Positions 25,641-32,650 of a stretch of DNA of 32,650 bases are shown in pieces (within the stretch, counting starts at the first letter, position 1; the number at the start of each line of letters is the position of its first letter). The notes below the pieces were generated by a model. It made no database searches, was not told the DNA's origin, and saw nothing but the letters and a program-made list of their open reading frames with translations. The DNA is from a virus. The translations under genes were made by a program, and so were the position numbers. The stretch lies in IMG/VR virus record IMGVR_UViG_3300020442_000004. One strand, given 5' to 3'.

Positions 25641-26069
25641 ATGGGAAATAGAGTAATACCACCGGTAGGCAGATTTGGAGGGATAGGAGATCTACAGAAA
25701 AGATTACGAGGATCTCAGATCATCTACGAGAACAGGGATGACCTAGCGAGGGTTATGCTTGAAATTGCCTCTGCGAAGATCACAGATATCGTTTCTTGGG
25801 AAAATGGAGTATCTACCCTCAAAGATGTTAAACACATCAATGAGGGAGCTCTAAATGCGATTAAAAGGGTAAAAATTACCCCTACCAAGAACGGGGATGT
25901 CATTGATATAGAAATGGTGGATAAGGTAAGAGTTATGCAAATGCTTGCCAAGTCCTCCGGCTTACTTGATCAAGAGAAGGATGCCGATAAACCGGCAGTA
26001 GTTTCTATTGAGATGGTAATGCCAGAAGAAAAAAAGAAAGGGAAAGCAAATGATACAGAAAACGATTAA
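25641..26069 (+). CDS. terS: Terminase small subunit.
   Basis: The C-terminal half AIKRVKITPTKNGDVIDIEMVDKVRVMQMLAKSSGLL resembles the Terminase_2 (P27-type) small subunit pattern. It lies upstream of terL. Confidence 0.6.
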   Translation: MGNRVIPPVGRFGGIGDLQKRLRGSQIIYENRDDLARVMLEIASAKITDIVSWENGVSTLKDVKHINEGALNAIKRVKITPTKNGDVIDIEMVDKVRVMQMLAKSSGLLDQEKDADKPAVVSIEMVMPEEKKKGKANDTEND

Positions 26070-26301
26070 AACTGTTTGGAACAATTTGGCTCCTGTACAC
26101 GGCAAATATGTGAACAAAGCCAAGCAAAAGAAAACAGATCTCAAGATTGTATACCAAGGAAAGCATATGATTGTTGGGAATAGTAAATTAGATAAGCCTG
26201 TAAGAGTAACCCGGGTTCCGGACAAGTTTACCGGCCAGGATGCAGAACTTTATTACTTCCAATGGGATCCGGTAGATCCGAGGCAGCAGAGCTTGTTATG
26301 A
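26050..26301 (+). CDS. Hypothetical protein (83 aa).
   Basis: ORF that overlaps the terS end. No motif recognised. Confidence 0.45.
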   Translation: MIQKTIKTVWNNLAPVHGKYVNKAKQKKTDLKIVYQGKHMIVGNSKLDKPVRVTRVPDKFTGQDAELYYFQWDPVDPRQQSLL

Positions 26302-26450
26302 GAAAAAGGTTAATAAAAAAAATAAAAGAGAATAGGTATGAAGTTCTTTGGAATGCTTATCATACCTTAATAGTAATATTACTAGCCGGCATATTGTTGA
26401 TAGAGTTTATGGAGTATGTGAGATATCCGGCTCATTTTTTCGGAGTGTAA
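26298..26450 (+). CDS. Small membrane protein (50 aa).
   Basis: ATGA overlap at 26298. The hydrophobic segment HTLIVILLAGILLIEF is present. Confidence 0.4.
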   Translation: MRKRLIKKIKENRYEVLWNAYHTLIVILLAGILLIEFMEYVRYPAHFFGV

Positions 26451-26451
26451 T

Positions 26452-27489
26452 ATGCATAAACTAAAAATCTTAGATTTATTTTCTGGGATTGGAGGTTTTA
26501 GTTACGCTGCCGAAAGACTTGTAGGTGGGTACGAGACCATAGGGTTCTGTGAAAAAGATAATTTTTGTAAAAAAGTTCTCAGAAAACATTGGAAGGATGT
26601 ACCCATCTATGACGATATAAGGAGATTGGATGCAAGAAAAATTAAAGCAGATGTCGTTGTTGGAGGGTTCCCTTGTCAACCGGTGTCACAAAGTGGAAAA
26701 AGAGAGGGAGCAAAAGATGATCGTTGGCTCTGGGATGAGATGCTTAGAGTTATACAAGATTGTAAACCCAGATGGATCATTGGAGAAAATGTGCCGGGCA
26801 TTGTTAACATTGACGATGGGGATCTATTCCAGAAATTGTGCATTGACTTGGAAAACTACAACTACGAAGTACAATCGTTTATTGTTCCGGCTTGTTCCCA
26901 AGATGCACCACACCGAAGAGACAGAGTTTGGATTGTTGCCTACTCCGACAACCCAAGATACAGAACACCCCAATATGATTTTGAACGAGAAAGGCAGAAG
27001 GGAACCGACCAAGGGCAAGAGCAGTCACTCTTTGAATTTAGCAGACAGAGTGAAGATGATGTGGCCGACACCGAATGCTTGGGATGGACAGAGAGGCCCA
27101 AGATCCGAGAAACATCTACAGGAGAACAAGGGATCTCAAACAACTTTAGTAACGGCAGTAGCACACAATCAAAGAATGTTTCCTACTCCTACTCAAGACA
27201 TAGTAACAGACAGAACCAAGAAATACTCTCAAGGAGGTACGCCGTTAACACTAGCGATAAAAGACCCAACCCAGAAAGTAGAAGGGAACTTGAATTACGA
27301 ATGGGTAACTTGGTTAATGGGTTACCCCAAGAACTATCTGGACATTTCCGAGAAGAACCAGAAGGAGTTCCAAGAGTTGCCACAAACCAAAAAGAAAGAT
27401 CTCAAAAGTTGAAGGCGTTGGGAAATAGTATAGTACCTCAAGTCGCTGCAGAATTTTTTAAAGCAATAATAATACAGGAAAGATTATGA
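26452..27489 (+). CDS. DNA (cytosine-5)-methyltransferase, uninterrupted frame-1 ORF (345 aa). The middle third is low-complexity in this frame.
   Basis: Motif I LDLFSGIGGF, motif IV GGFPCQPVS, motif VI IIGENVPG, motif VIII QDAPHRRDRVWIVAY, motif X KALGNSIVPQVA. See the finding about the +1-frame TRD. Confidence 0.85.
   Translation: MHKLKILDLFSGIGGFSYAAERLVGGYETIGFCEKDNFCKKVLRKHWKDVPIYDDIRRLDARKIKADVVVGGFPCQPVSQSGKREGAKDDRWLWDEMLRVIQDCKPRWIIGENVPGIVNIDDGDLFQKLCIDLENYNYEVQSFIVPACSQDAPHRRDRVWIVAYSDNPRYRTPQYDFERERQKGTDQGQEQSLFEFSRQSEDDVADTECLGWTERPKIRETSTGEQGISNNFSNGSSTQSKNVSYSYSRHSNRQNQEILSRRYAVNTSDKRPNPESRRELELRMGNLVNGLPQELSGHFREEPEGVPRVATNQKERSQKLKALGNSIVPQVAAEFFKAIIIQERL
26903..27412 (+). 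CDS. +1-frame ORF inside the methyltransferase gene that encodes the recognisable target-recognition-domain motifs. This frame is open from 26621, with in-frame ATGs at 26630 (the ORF-track start) and 26903.
   Basis: The frame-2 translation contains FGLLPTPT (26927-26950), MWPTPNAWD (27059-), MFPTPTQD (27176-) and EWVTWLMGYPKNY (27302-27340). These are hallmarks of phage C5-MTase variable regions and the motif IX region. How it is expressed is unknown. Confidence 0.45.
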   Translation: MHHTEETEFGLLPTPTTQDTEHPNMILNEKGRREPTKGKSSHSLNLADRVKMMWPTPNAWDGQRGPRSEKHLQENKGSQTTLVTAVAHNQRMFPTPTQDIVTDRTKKYSQGGTPLTLAIKDPTQKVEGNLNYEWVTWLMGYPKNYLDISEKNQKEFQELPQTKKKDLKS

Positions 27490-29027
27490 CAGAAAAAAAT
27501 TTTAAAAACACGCCCTCTACATTAAAGTTTGATTTTAGTTCTGCTCCTACTATAGCAAAGTTTATGGGATCTAAATCCTTTATCCGAGGACTAATGGGGC
27601 CAGTTGGATCTGGAAAATCTTACGGGTGTTGTGCAGAAATTTTAAAGATGGCTTTATCCCAAAAGCCTAGTCCAAGAGATGGCATAAAGTATTCTAGATT
27701 TGCTATCGTAAGAAACACACATCCAATGTTAAGAACAACTACTTTAAAAACTTGGCTTGAATTACTACCAGAAAATTATTGGGGCAATGTTAAATACTCT
27801 CCTCCAATAACTCATCATATAAAATTACCGGCAAGAGATGGAGCAGCCGGCGTAGATATGGAAGTTATCTTTCTTGCATTAGATGACGCTAAAGATGTTA
27901 GAAAGCTCTTATCTTTAGAATTAACCGGTGCTTGGATCAACGAGGCGAGAGAACTCCCGGTTCAGATTATACAAGGTTTGTCTCATCGTGTGGGCAGATA
28001 CCCTACCAGATCTGATGGTGGCCCATCGCAATATGGGATTATACTTGATACGAATAGTATGGATGATGATCATTGGTACTACAGATATGCAGAAAAAGAA
28101 AAACCTAAAGGAAAATTTTCTTGGGAGTTTTTTAAACAACCAAGTGGCGTTTTAGAAATACCTCATTCAAAAGTTCCTCAAGATATGCCAGAGGCACAAG
28201 GATATTATTTTGCATCGGGTAGATGGTGGAAAACAAATCCTCAAGCAGAAAATTTAAAAAACCTTCCGGATGGATACTATGAACAATTACTTGGAGGAAA
28301 AAGTTTAGATTGGATCAGATGTTATGCAGAAGGTAAATATACTTTTGTAAAAGAAGGAAAGAGTGTATGGCACGAGTTTGATCCGGAAACTATGATTGGA
28401 GAAGAACTAGATCCAGATCCAAAGTATCCTGTTAATATAGGATTAGACTTTGGACTTACTCCGGCTGCCGTATTCGCCCAGAGAATGCCTAATGGTAGAT
28501 GGCACATACTTCACGAGTTAGTTACATTTGATATTGGATTAAATAGATTTGTATCTTTGTTAAAGTCAGAAATGGAATTGTACTTTCCAAAATTTAAATT
28601 CAATGTATGGGGAGATCCGGCAGGGAACCAGAGAGATCAGATCTACGAGACTACTGCATTCCAACATTTAAATGCAAATGGTATCTTAGCTCGTCCAACA
28701 AATACAAATGATTTTAGAACTAGAAGAGAGGCCGGAGCCATACCAATGACAAGATTGATAGAAGGCAAGCCGGGATTAATTGTTTCTAAAAAATGTACTC
28801 AATTAATTAAATCATTAAATGGTGGGTATCATTTCCAAAGAGTTATGAAGGGATCTGGCACCGAGGTCTACAAGGATCAACCCGTAAAAAATAATCACTC
28901 ACATATTGGAGATGCATTTGGTTATGCACTATTAGGAGGAGGAGAACATAAAAGGATGGTAAGCAGAGCCGGTCAATTTGGTAATCAACAACAAGCAAGG
29001 GTATTAGATTTTGATGTTTTCTCTTGA
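27486..29027 (+). CDS. terL: Terminase large subunit.
   Basis: Walker A GPVGSGKSYGC, FAIVRNTHPMLRTTTLKTW, and a nuclease-half pattern with conserved acidic residues (GLDFG, GDPAG, HIGDAFGY). Confidence 0.9.
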   Translation: MTEKNFKNTPSTLKFDFSSAPTIAKFMGSKSFIRGLMGPVGSGKSYGCCAEILKMALSQKPSPRDGIKYSRFAIVRNTHPMLRTTTLKTWLELLPENYWGNVKYSPPITHHIKLPARDGAAGVDMEVIFLALDDAKDVRKLLSLELTGAWINEARELPVQIIQGLSHRVGRYPTRSDGGPSQYGIILDTNSMDDDHWYYRYAEKEKPKGKFSWEFFKQPSGVLEIPHSKVPQDMPEAQGYYFASGRWWKTNPQAENLKNLPDGYYEQLLGGKSLDWIRCYAEGKYTFVKEGKSVWHEFDPETMIGEELDPDPKYPVNIGLDFGLTPAAVFAQRMPNGRWHILHELVTFDIGLNRFVSLLKSEMELYFPKFKFNVWGDPAGNQRDQIYETTAFQHLNANGILARPTNTNDFRTRREAGAIPMTRLIEGKPGLIVSKKCTQLIKSLNGGYHFQRVMKGSGTEVYKDQPVKNNHSHIGDAFGYALLGGGEHKRMVSRAGQFGNQQQARVLDFDVFS

Positions 29028-29526
29028 CACTTTTAAAAAAGACTACTGCCCGTTTTTGCGAGAGCCGGACAAGATAGTACCCTTCTCAGAGTTTCATTAT
29101 CATCTGATAGATCTAAATCCTTTTGATCAAGAATATGCAAGAGAGTTTCCAGACTATGCTCACTATCTGCAACAATACACCCGGCAAGGATTGTGTTACA
29201 CAGGATTATCTGAAGGAACTATCTATGCAATCTTTGGATTTTATCAGTTATGGAAAGGTAATGCAGAATTTTTTCTAATCCCAAGCAAGCATATAAATAA
29301 AAAAGCGATGGTATTTCACAAGGTAAGTTTGCAATTTTTTGACTATGTAGCGAACATAATGAAACTAAATCGTCTACAATTCTCTGTTTGTTCCCGAAAT
29401 ATTCGTGCAGTAAAATGGGCAAAATCGTGTAAGTTTATAGAAGAGGGTATTTTAAAGAATTATGGAATACTTTCTGATGATTACATAATGTTCGCAAGAT
29501 ATTATGAGAAAGGAAAAAAGGTATAA
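29014..29526 (+). CDS. GNAT-fold-like protein (putative acetyltransferase, 170 aa).
   Basis: The C-terminal pattern L.RLQFSVCSRNIRAVKWAKSCKFIEEGILKNYG...DDYIMFAR resembles GNAT beta4-alpha3-beta5. This is a weak, pattern-only call. Confidence 0.4.
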   Translation: MFSLDTFKKDYCPFLREPDKIVPFSEFHYHLIDLNPFDQEYAREFPDYAHYLQQYTRQGLCYTGLSEGTIYAIFGFYQLWKGNAEFFLIPSKHINKKAMVFHKVSLQFFDYVANIMKLNRLQFSVCSRNIRAVKWAKSCKFIEEGILKNYGILSDDYIMFARYYEKGKKV

Positions 29527-29528
29527 TT

Positions 29529-29789
29529 ATGGGTGGTATATTTAGTAGACCAAAACCTCCTCCTCCTCCTCCTCCTGTCGTAGACGAAACTTTATCTCGT
29601 AGAGAGAAAAAAGCTGCCGAGGACGAAAGAAGAGAAAGAAGAAGAGTTGCTGCAAAGAGAAAGTCTAGAGCCGGTGGTGGTGCTAGAATGCTTATGACGG
29701 CAGCGAGATTTGAAAATATGGGAGACACATCTAACCAAGGACAACAAACTAAGTTAGGTGCATCAAGGAACCCAAGAGACAATGCCTAG
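29529..29789 (+). CDS. Small basic protein with an N-terminal polyproline tract (86 aa).
   Basis: Translation begins MGGIFSRPKPPPPPPPVV followed by an R/K/E-rich helix. RBS AAAGG lies upstream. Confidence 0.55.
   Translation: MGGIFSRPKPPPPPPPVVDETLSRREKKAAEDERRERRRVAAKRKSRAGGGARMLMTAARFENMGDTSNQGQQTKLGASRNPRDNA
29556..29576 (+). repeat. Perfect (CCT)7 trinucleotide microsatellite encoding Pro7.
   Basis: cctcctcctcctcctcctcct was read directly. Confidence 0.95.
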
Positions 29790-29818
29790 GCAATGGATAA
29801 GAAACCCCAAGTGGAGAG

Positions 29819-29941
29819 ATGATGTACACAAAAAGCAAAACGATGAAGGAGATGAGCGAAAAGCAAAAGAACAAGAAAGCAACTCGCAAAGCTCTGAAAA
29901 AGAAGTACGGCAAAAAAAAGACTAAGACATATTCTGCATAA
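29819..29941 (+). CDS. Possible 40-aa lysine-rich peptide. A competing 47-aa ORF at 29782..29925 lies in another frame.
   Basis: GGAGAG lies just upstream of tandem ATGs. Translation is MMYTKSKTMKEMSEKQKNKKATRKALKKKYGKKKTKTYSA. The purine-rich region leaves several frames open, so the call is uncertain. Confidence 0.3.
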   Translation: MMYTKSKTMKEMSEKQKNKKATRKALKKKYGKKKTKTYSA

Positions 29942-29950
29942 GGTTGTGTT

Positions 29951-30244
29951 ATGGTTAAGAAAGCATTTCAGAACCCGGAAGGTGGTCTCAATCAAAAAGG
30001 TAGAGATCATTTTAAAAAGAAAGAAGGATCTAATCTTAAACCTCCTGTCAAAAAAACTCCACCCAAAGGATCGGCAGAGTTTAAAAGAAAGGTTAGTTTC
30101 GCTGCTCGGTTTGCCGGTATGAAAGGCCCAATGAAAGATGACAAGGGTAGACCTACCAGAAAGGCTCTGGCTCTAAGAGCTTGGGGATTTAGAAACGAGG
30201 AAAGTGCTAGAAACTTTGCCAACAAACATAAAGCAAAAGTATGA
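29951..30244 (+). CDS. Small basic conserved-looking protein (97 aa).
   Basis: NPEGGLNQKGRDHF ... VSFAARFAGMKGPMKDDKGRPTRKALALRAWGF resembles a recurrent small phage protein family. The family name is not verified. Confidence 0.55.
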   Translation: MVKKAFQNPEGGLNQKGRDHFKKKEGSNLKPPVKKTPPKGSAEFKRKVSFAARFAGMKGPMKDDKGRPTRKALALRAWGFRNEESARNFANKHKAKV

Positions 30245-30390
30245 GTATAAATAAAAAAGAAGAGAAAACTTTAAGTAAACATAAAAAGCATCACTCCAAA
30301 AAACATATGAGAAGGATGAGACTTTTAATGAAGGAAGGACTTTCTTTTAGCAGAGCTCATACTCAAGCTATGAAGAAAGTAGGTAAATAG
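30241..30390 (+). CDS. Small basic peptide (49 aa).
   Basis: ATGA overlap at its start, and its stop overlaps the portal GTG. Translation is MSINKKEEKTLSKHKKHHSKKHMRRMRLLMKEGLSFSRAHTQAMKKVGK. Below the track cutoff. Confidence 0.4.
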   Translation: MSINKKEEKTLSKHKKHHSKKHMRRMRLLMKEGLSFSRAHTQAMKKVGK

Positions 30391-31973
30391 TGTTATCTCC
30401 AAAAGAAATAAAAAAAAGATATAAAGTTGCTCAAACTAAAAAAGAGCAATGGAGAACTATATACGAAGAGGCATATGAATTTTGTTTGCCAATGAGAAAT
30501 CTCTACGATGGGTACTACGAGATGGATGGTACTCCCGGGCAAGACAAAATGAAAAGGGTATTTGATAGCACGGCTATTCATTCTACCTCTAGATTTGCTA
30601 ACAGAATACAATCATCATTATTTCCACCACAACAAAATTGGTGCAGACTTATGCCGGGGAACGATGTACCTCCGGATCAGAAAGTACAAGCACAAAGAAT
30701 TTTAGATATATATTCTGAAAGAATGTTCTCTGTAATGAGACAATCAAATTTTGATTTAGCTCTTTCTGAATACTTATTAGATCTTGCCGTGGGTACGGCA
30801 GCTATGCTTATTCAACCGGGATCTGGGGATATACCAATAAGATATACATCTATACCTTTATATCAAATTACTTTTGATGAAGGCCCAGATGGAGATGTTG
30901 GATATGTCTATAGAAAATATAAAAGACCATTTGAAGTTATTCTACAGGAATATAAAGATGGTACATTACCAGATGAACTGAAAAAGAAATATGCAGAAAA
31001 GCCTCAAGCTAATGTAGATCTGCTAGAGGTATCTTACAGAAAAGATAATCAAGTTTATTATTGTGTCCAGACAATGGAGGGCGATCACAAAATAGTTTCT
31101 AGAAAACTAAAGTCTATGCCTTTTGTTATCTCAAGATATATGGTTGTGTCCGGAGAAGTATTCGGAAGAGGGCCTTGCCTTTATGCATTACCAGATATTA
31201 AGACATTAAATAAAGTTATGGAACTAACTCTAAAGAATGCATCACTAAGTATTGGTGGAGTGTTTACGGCAGTAGACGATGGTGTTCTTAATCCTCAAAC
31301 TATTAAGATCCAACCGGGAGCGATCATAGGAGTATCATCTAATGGAGGTGGTAGAGGCCCAAGCCTAGCACCCCTTCCCAGATCCGGCGATCCAAATCTG
31401 TCTCAGATACAAGCACAAGAACTTAGGATAGCAATTAAGAAGGCTTTACTAGATGAAGGATTACCACCAGAAACAGGCAATCCTCGTACTGCTTTAGAGA
31501 TCTCACAAAGAATGAAAGATCTTTCACAGAACCTAGGAAGTGCCTTTGGAAGATTAATTAATGAAACAATGTTTCCAATTGTTAGAAGAACATTGCAGCT
31601 AATGGATGAGATGGGAATGATAGAACTCCCATTAAAGATTGATGGATTGCAAGTTACTATTCAACCGGTGTCAGAATTGGCTATGGCTAGTAATATGTCT
31701 AAACTACAACCTCTACTACAATATATGCAAATGGCTCAAGGTTTAGGGCCAAGTGGTATGATGGCGTTAAAGCAAGAGGCTATAGCAGATTACATTCTTG
31801 ATCAGATGGGGATAGACGCTAGATTAAGAAACACACCGGAAGAAGTAAAAGCAATGGTACAACAGGCTCAAGCACAGGCTCAACAAGTAGCACAGATGCA
31901 AGCAGAGATGCAAGGTCAAGGTGGTTCCCAAGCCTCTCCAGAGCAAAATCAACAGGAGCCACCACCAGAATAG
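30390..31973 (+). CDS. Portal (head-to-tail connector) protein, podovirus type.
   Basis: 527 aa. N-terminal K..Y......K..W...YEEAYEF..P. A Q/A-rich C-terminal tail. It lies between terL and the scaffold/capsid genes. Confidence 0.8.
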   Translation: MLSPKEIKKRYKVAQTKKEQWRTIYEEAYEFCLPMRNLYDGYYEMDGTPGQDKMKRVFDSTAIHSTSRFANRIQSSLFPPQQNWCRLMPGNDVPPDQKVQAQRILDIYSERMFSVMRQSNFDLALSEYLLDLAVGTAAMLIQPGSGDIPIRYTSIPLYQITFDEGPDGDVGYVYRKYKRPFEVILQEYKDGTLPDELKKKYAEKPQANVDLLEVSYRKDNQVYYCVQTMEGDHKIVSRKLKSMPFVISRYMVVSGEVFGRGPCLYALPDIKTLNKVMELTLKNASLSIGGVFTAVDDGVLNPQTIKIQPGAIIGVSSNGGGRGPSLAPLPRSGDPNLSQIQAQELRIAIKKALLDEGLPPETGNPRTALEISQRMKDLSQNLGSAFGRLINETMFPIVRRTLQLMDEMGMIELPLKIDGLQVTIQPVSELAMASNMSKLQPLLQYMQMAQGLGPSGMMALKQEAIADYILDQMGIDARLRNTPEEVKAMVQQAQAQAQQVAQMQAEMQGQGGSQASPEQNQQEPPPE

Positions 31974-31981
31974 GATAAACA

Positions 31982-32287
31982 ATGCGAGGAGTAGCCGACA
32001 AGCTAAGAGATATAAATTCAGTAGGATGGGATGGCGTTAACGCTAGTGCCGATCAACTGACCATTACCAATGAAGAAAACCAACTATCTTTAGATATTAT
32101 TTTTAAAAAGACATTTCAAACTGAAGATGGTAAAAAGGTATTGGAATATTTACGAAAAGTAACTATTGAGCAACCCTGTTGGACACCCGGGGCAGATGTT
32201 AGTTATGGCTATGCTAGGGAAGGACAGAACTCAATAGTTAGAGAAATTGAACAACGAATAAGGAGGGCAAATGAACCAAGTAGATAA
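31982..32287 (+). CDS. Hypothetical conserved head-module protein (101 aa).
   Basis: Clean ORF directly after the portal. The pattern F..T..GKKVLEYL ... AREGQNSIVREIEQRI resembles small proteins found after portals in related podoviruses. Confidence 0.55.
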   Translation: MRGVADKLRDINSVGWDGVNASADQLTITNEENQLSLDIIFKKTFQTEDGKKVLEYLRKVTIEQPCWTPGADVSYGYAREGQNSIVREIEQRIRRANEPSR

Positions 32288-32650
32288 TAACCAAGCTGCC
32301 ACACAAGAGGTAGAAAGTGATCAAAGTATTTCATCTCCTGTGGTAGGTAACCAAGGAGCAACTAATGAAGAAGTTGAAAACAAATCTATACCACATCTGG
32401 TTGATGATCAAGAAGGCGTTGATGACAATGAACCCCTTGAGGCACCGGAGTTCTTTGAGGGAGTTGAACACCATTGGGATGAGACCGAAGGCCCGGATCT
32501 TGAAGGTCTCGTCAAAGAACTCAAAGACACAAAACAAAGTTACTCAGAGGCGAGGAAACTCATCTCGCAAGGTAAACACAAAGCACCGGAAAACGGGGAA
32601 TACTCGCAAGAAGTAATCACAGAAGAGTTAGGGATTGATGAAGATGATCC
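32271..32650 (+). CDS. Scaffolding-like protein, 5' part (runs off the window end and continues at 1..543).
   Basis: ATG 32271 follows AGGAGGG. The frame is open to the window end, which is why it is absent from the ORF track, and it is in frame with 1..543 through the 77-nt overlap. The N-terminus is very acidic. Confidence 0.6.
   Translation, partial: MNQVDNNQAATQEVESDQSISSPVVGNQGATNEEVENKSIPHLVDDQEGVDDNEPLEAPEFFEGVEHHWDETEGPDLEGLVKELKDTKQSYSEARKLISQGKHKAPENGEYSQEVITEELGIDEDD
32574..32650. repeat. Terminal direct repeat, copy 2 (identical to 1..77).
   Basis: Direct comparison of the two window ends. Confidence 0.95.

Noticed and set aside
29529-29546. The N-terminal MGGIFS sequence as a eukaryote-type N-myristoylation signal.
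   Set aside because: The genome is clearly a bacteriophage (RBS-driven operons, holin/amidase, terminase). Bacteria lack N-myristoyltransferase, so the resemblance is probably coincidental.
29435-30225. Minus-strand ORFs 29435..29782, 29786..30010 and 30007..30225, opposite the small basic genes.
   Set aside because: The plus strand here is purine-rich (K/R/E codons), which automatically leaves the complementary frames stop-free. For example, a poly-Gly run mirrors the (CCT)7 tract. They have no RBS or operon logic.
1-32650. tRNA genes, rRNA and CRISPR arrays.
   Set aside because: I saw no T-loop-like GGTTCGAATCC, cloverleaf candidates or regularly spaced direct repeats. The non-coding space is too small. 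This was an eye scan only, so a tRNA search tool should confirm it.

Overview
The window looks like a complete, circularly closed genome of a podovirus-like dsDNA phage. The first 77 nt are identical to the last 77 nt, so the unique length is about 32,573 bp. GC is roughly 40% by eye, coding density is very high, and many genes overlap by ATGA or run stop-to-start.

One long rightward gene set runs from 23518 across the window junction to 18815:
- Regulation, replication and packaging: an RHH regulator, a DUF1064-type nuclease, a DnaA-domain-IV-only protein, a wHTH replication initiator, small and large terminase, and a C5 DNA methyltransferase.
- Virion: a GNAT-like protein, several tiny basic proteins, portal, scaffold (split by the window ends), major capsid, T7 gp11/gp12-like tail tubular proteins, an S74-chaperone protein, three large internal virion proteins, a T7 gp17-N-like fiber and an RCC1-propeller fiber.
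- Lysis: a cassette with a GTA-type 3TM holin and a T7-lysozyme-like amidase.

One leftward early operon runs from 23391 to 18833. It carries small membrane and unknown proteins, a small serine recombinase, a YqaJ-like exonuclease, RecT and a LexA DNA-binding-domain-only protein. I recognised no tRNA, CRISPR array, reverse transcriptase, tyrosine integrase or phage RNA polymerase.

The most unusual signal is the methyltransferase locus. The catalytic motifs I-VIII and X lie in one frame. The hallmark target-recognition motifs (LLPTPT, MWPTPN, MFPTPT, EWVTWLMGYP) lie in the +1 frame. Both frames stay stop-free for about 780 nt.

Other leads:
- An origin-like cluster inside the rep gene: a perfect DnaA box, 13-bp repeats and an AT tract, next to the DnaA-DBD-only gene.
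- An exact 19-bp direct repeat bracketing the LexA-like/RecT/exonuclease block.
- A TTGACA early promoter followed by an AGAACA/TGTTCT operator-like dyad.
- A hidden 57-aa basic ORF that contains an A10 run.
- A strong excess of AGATCT/GATC sites.
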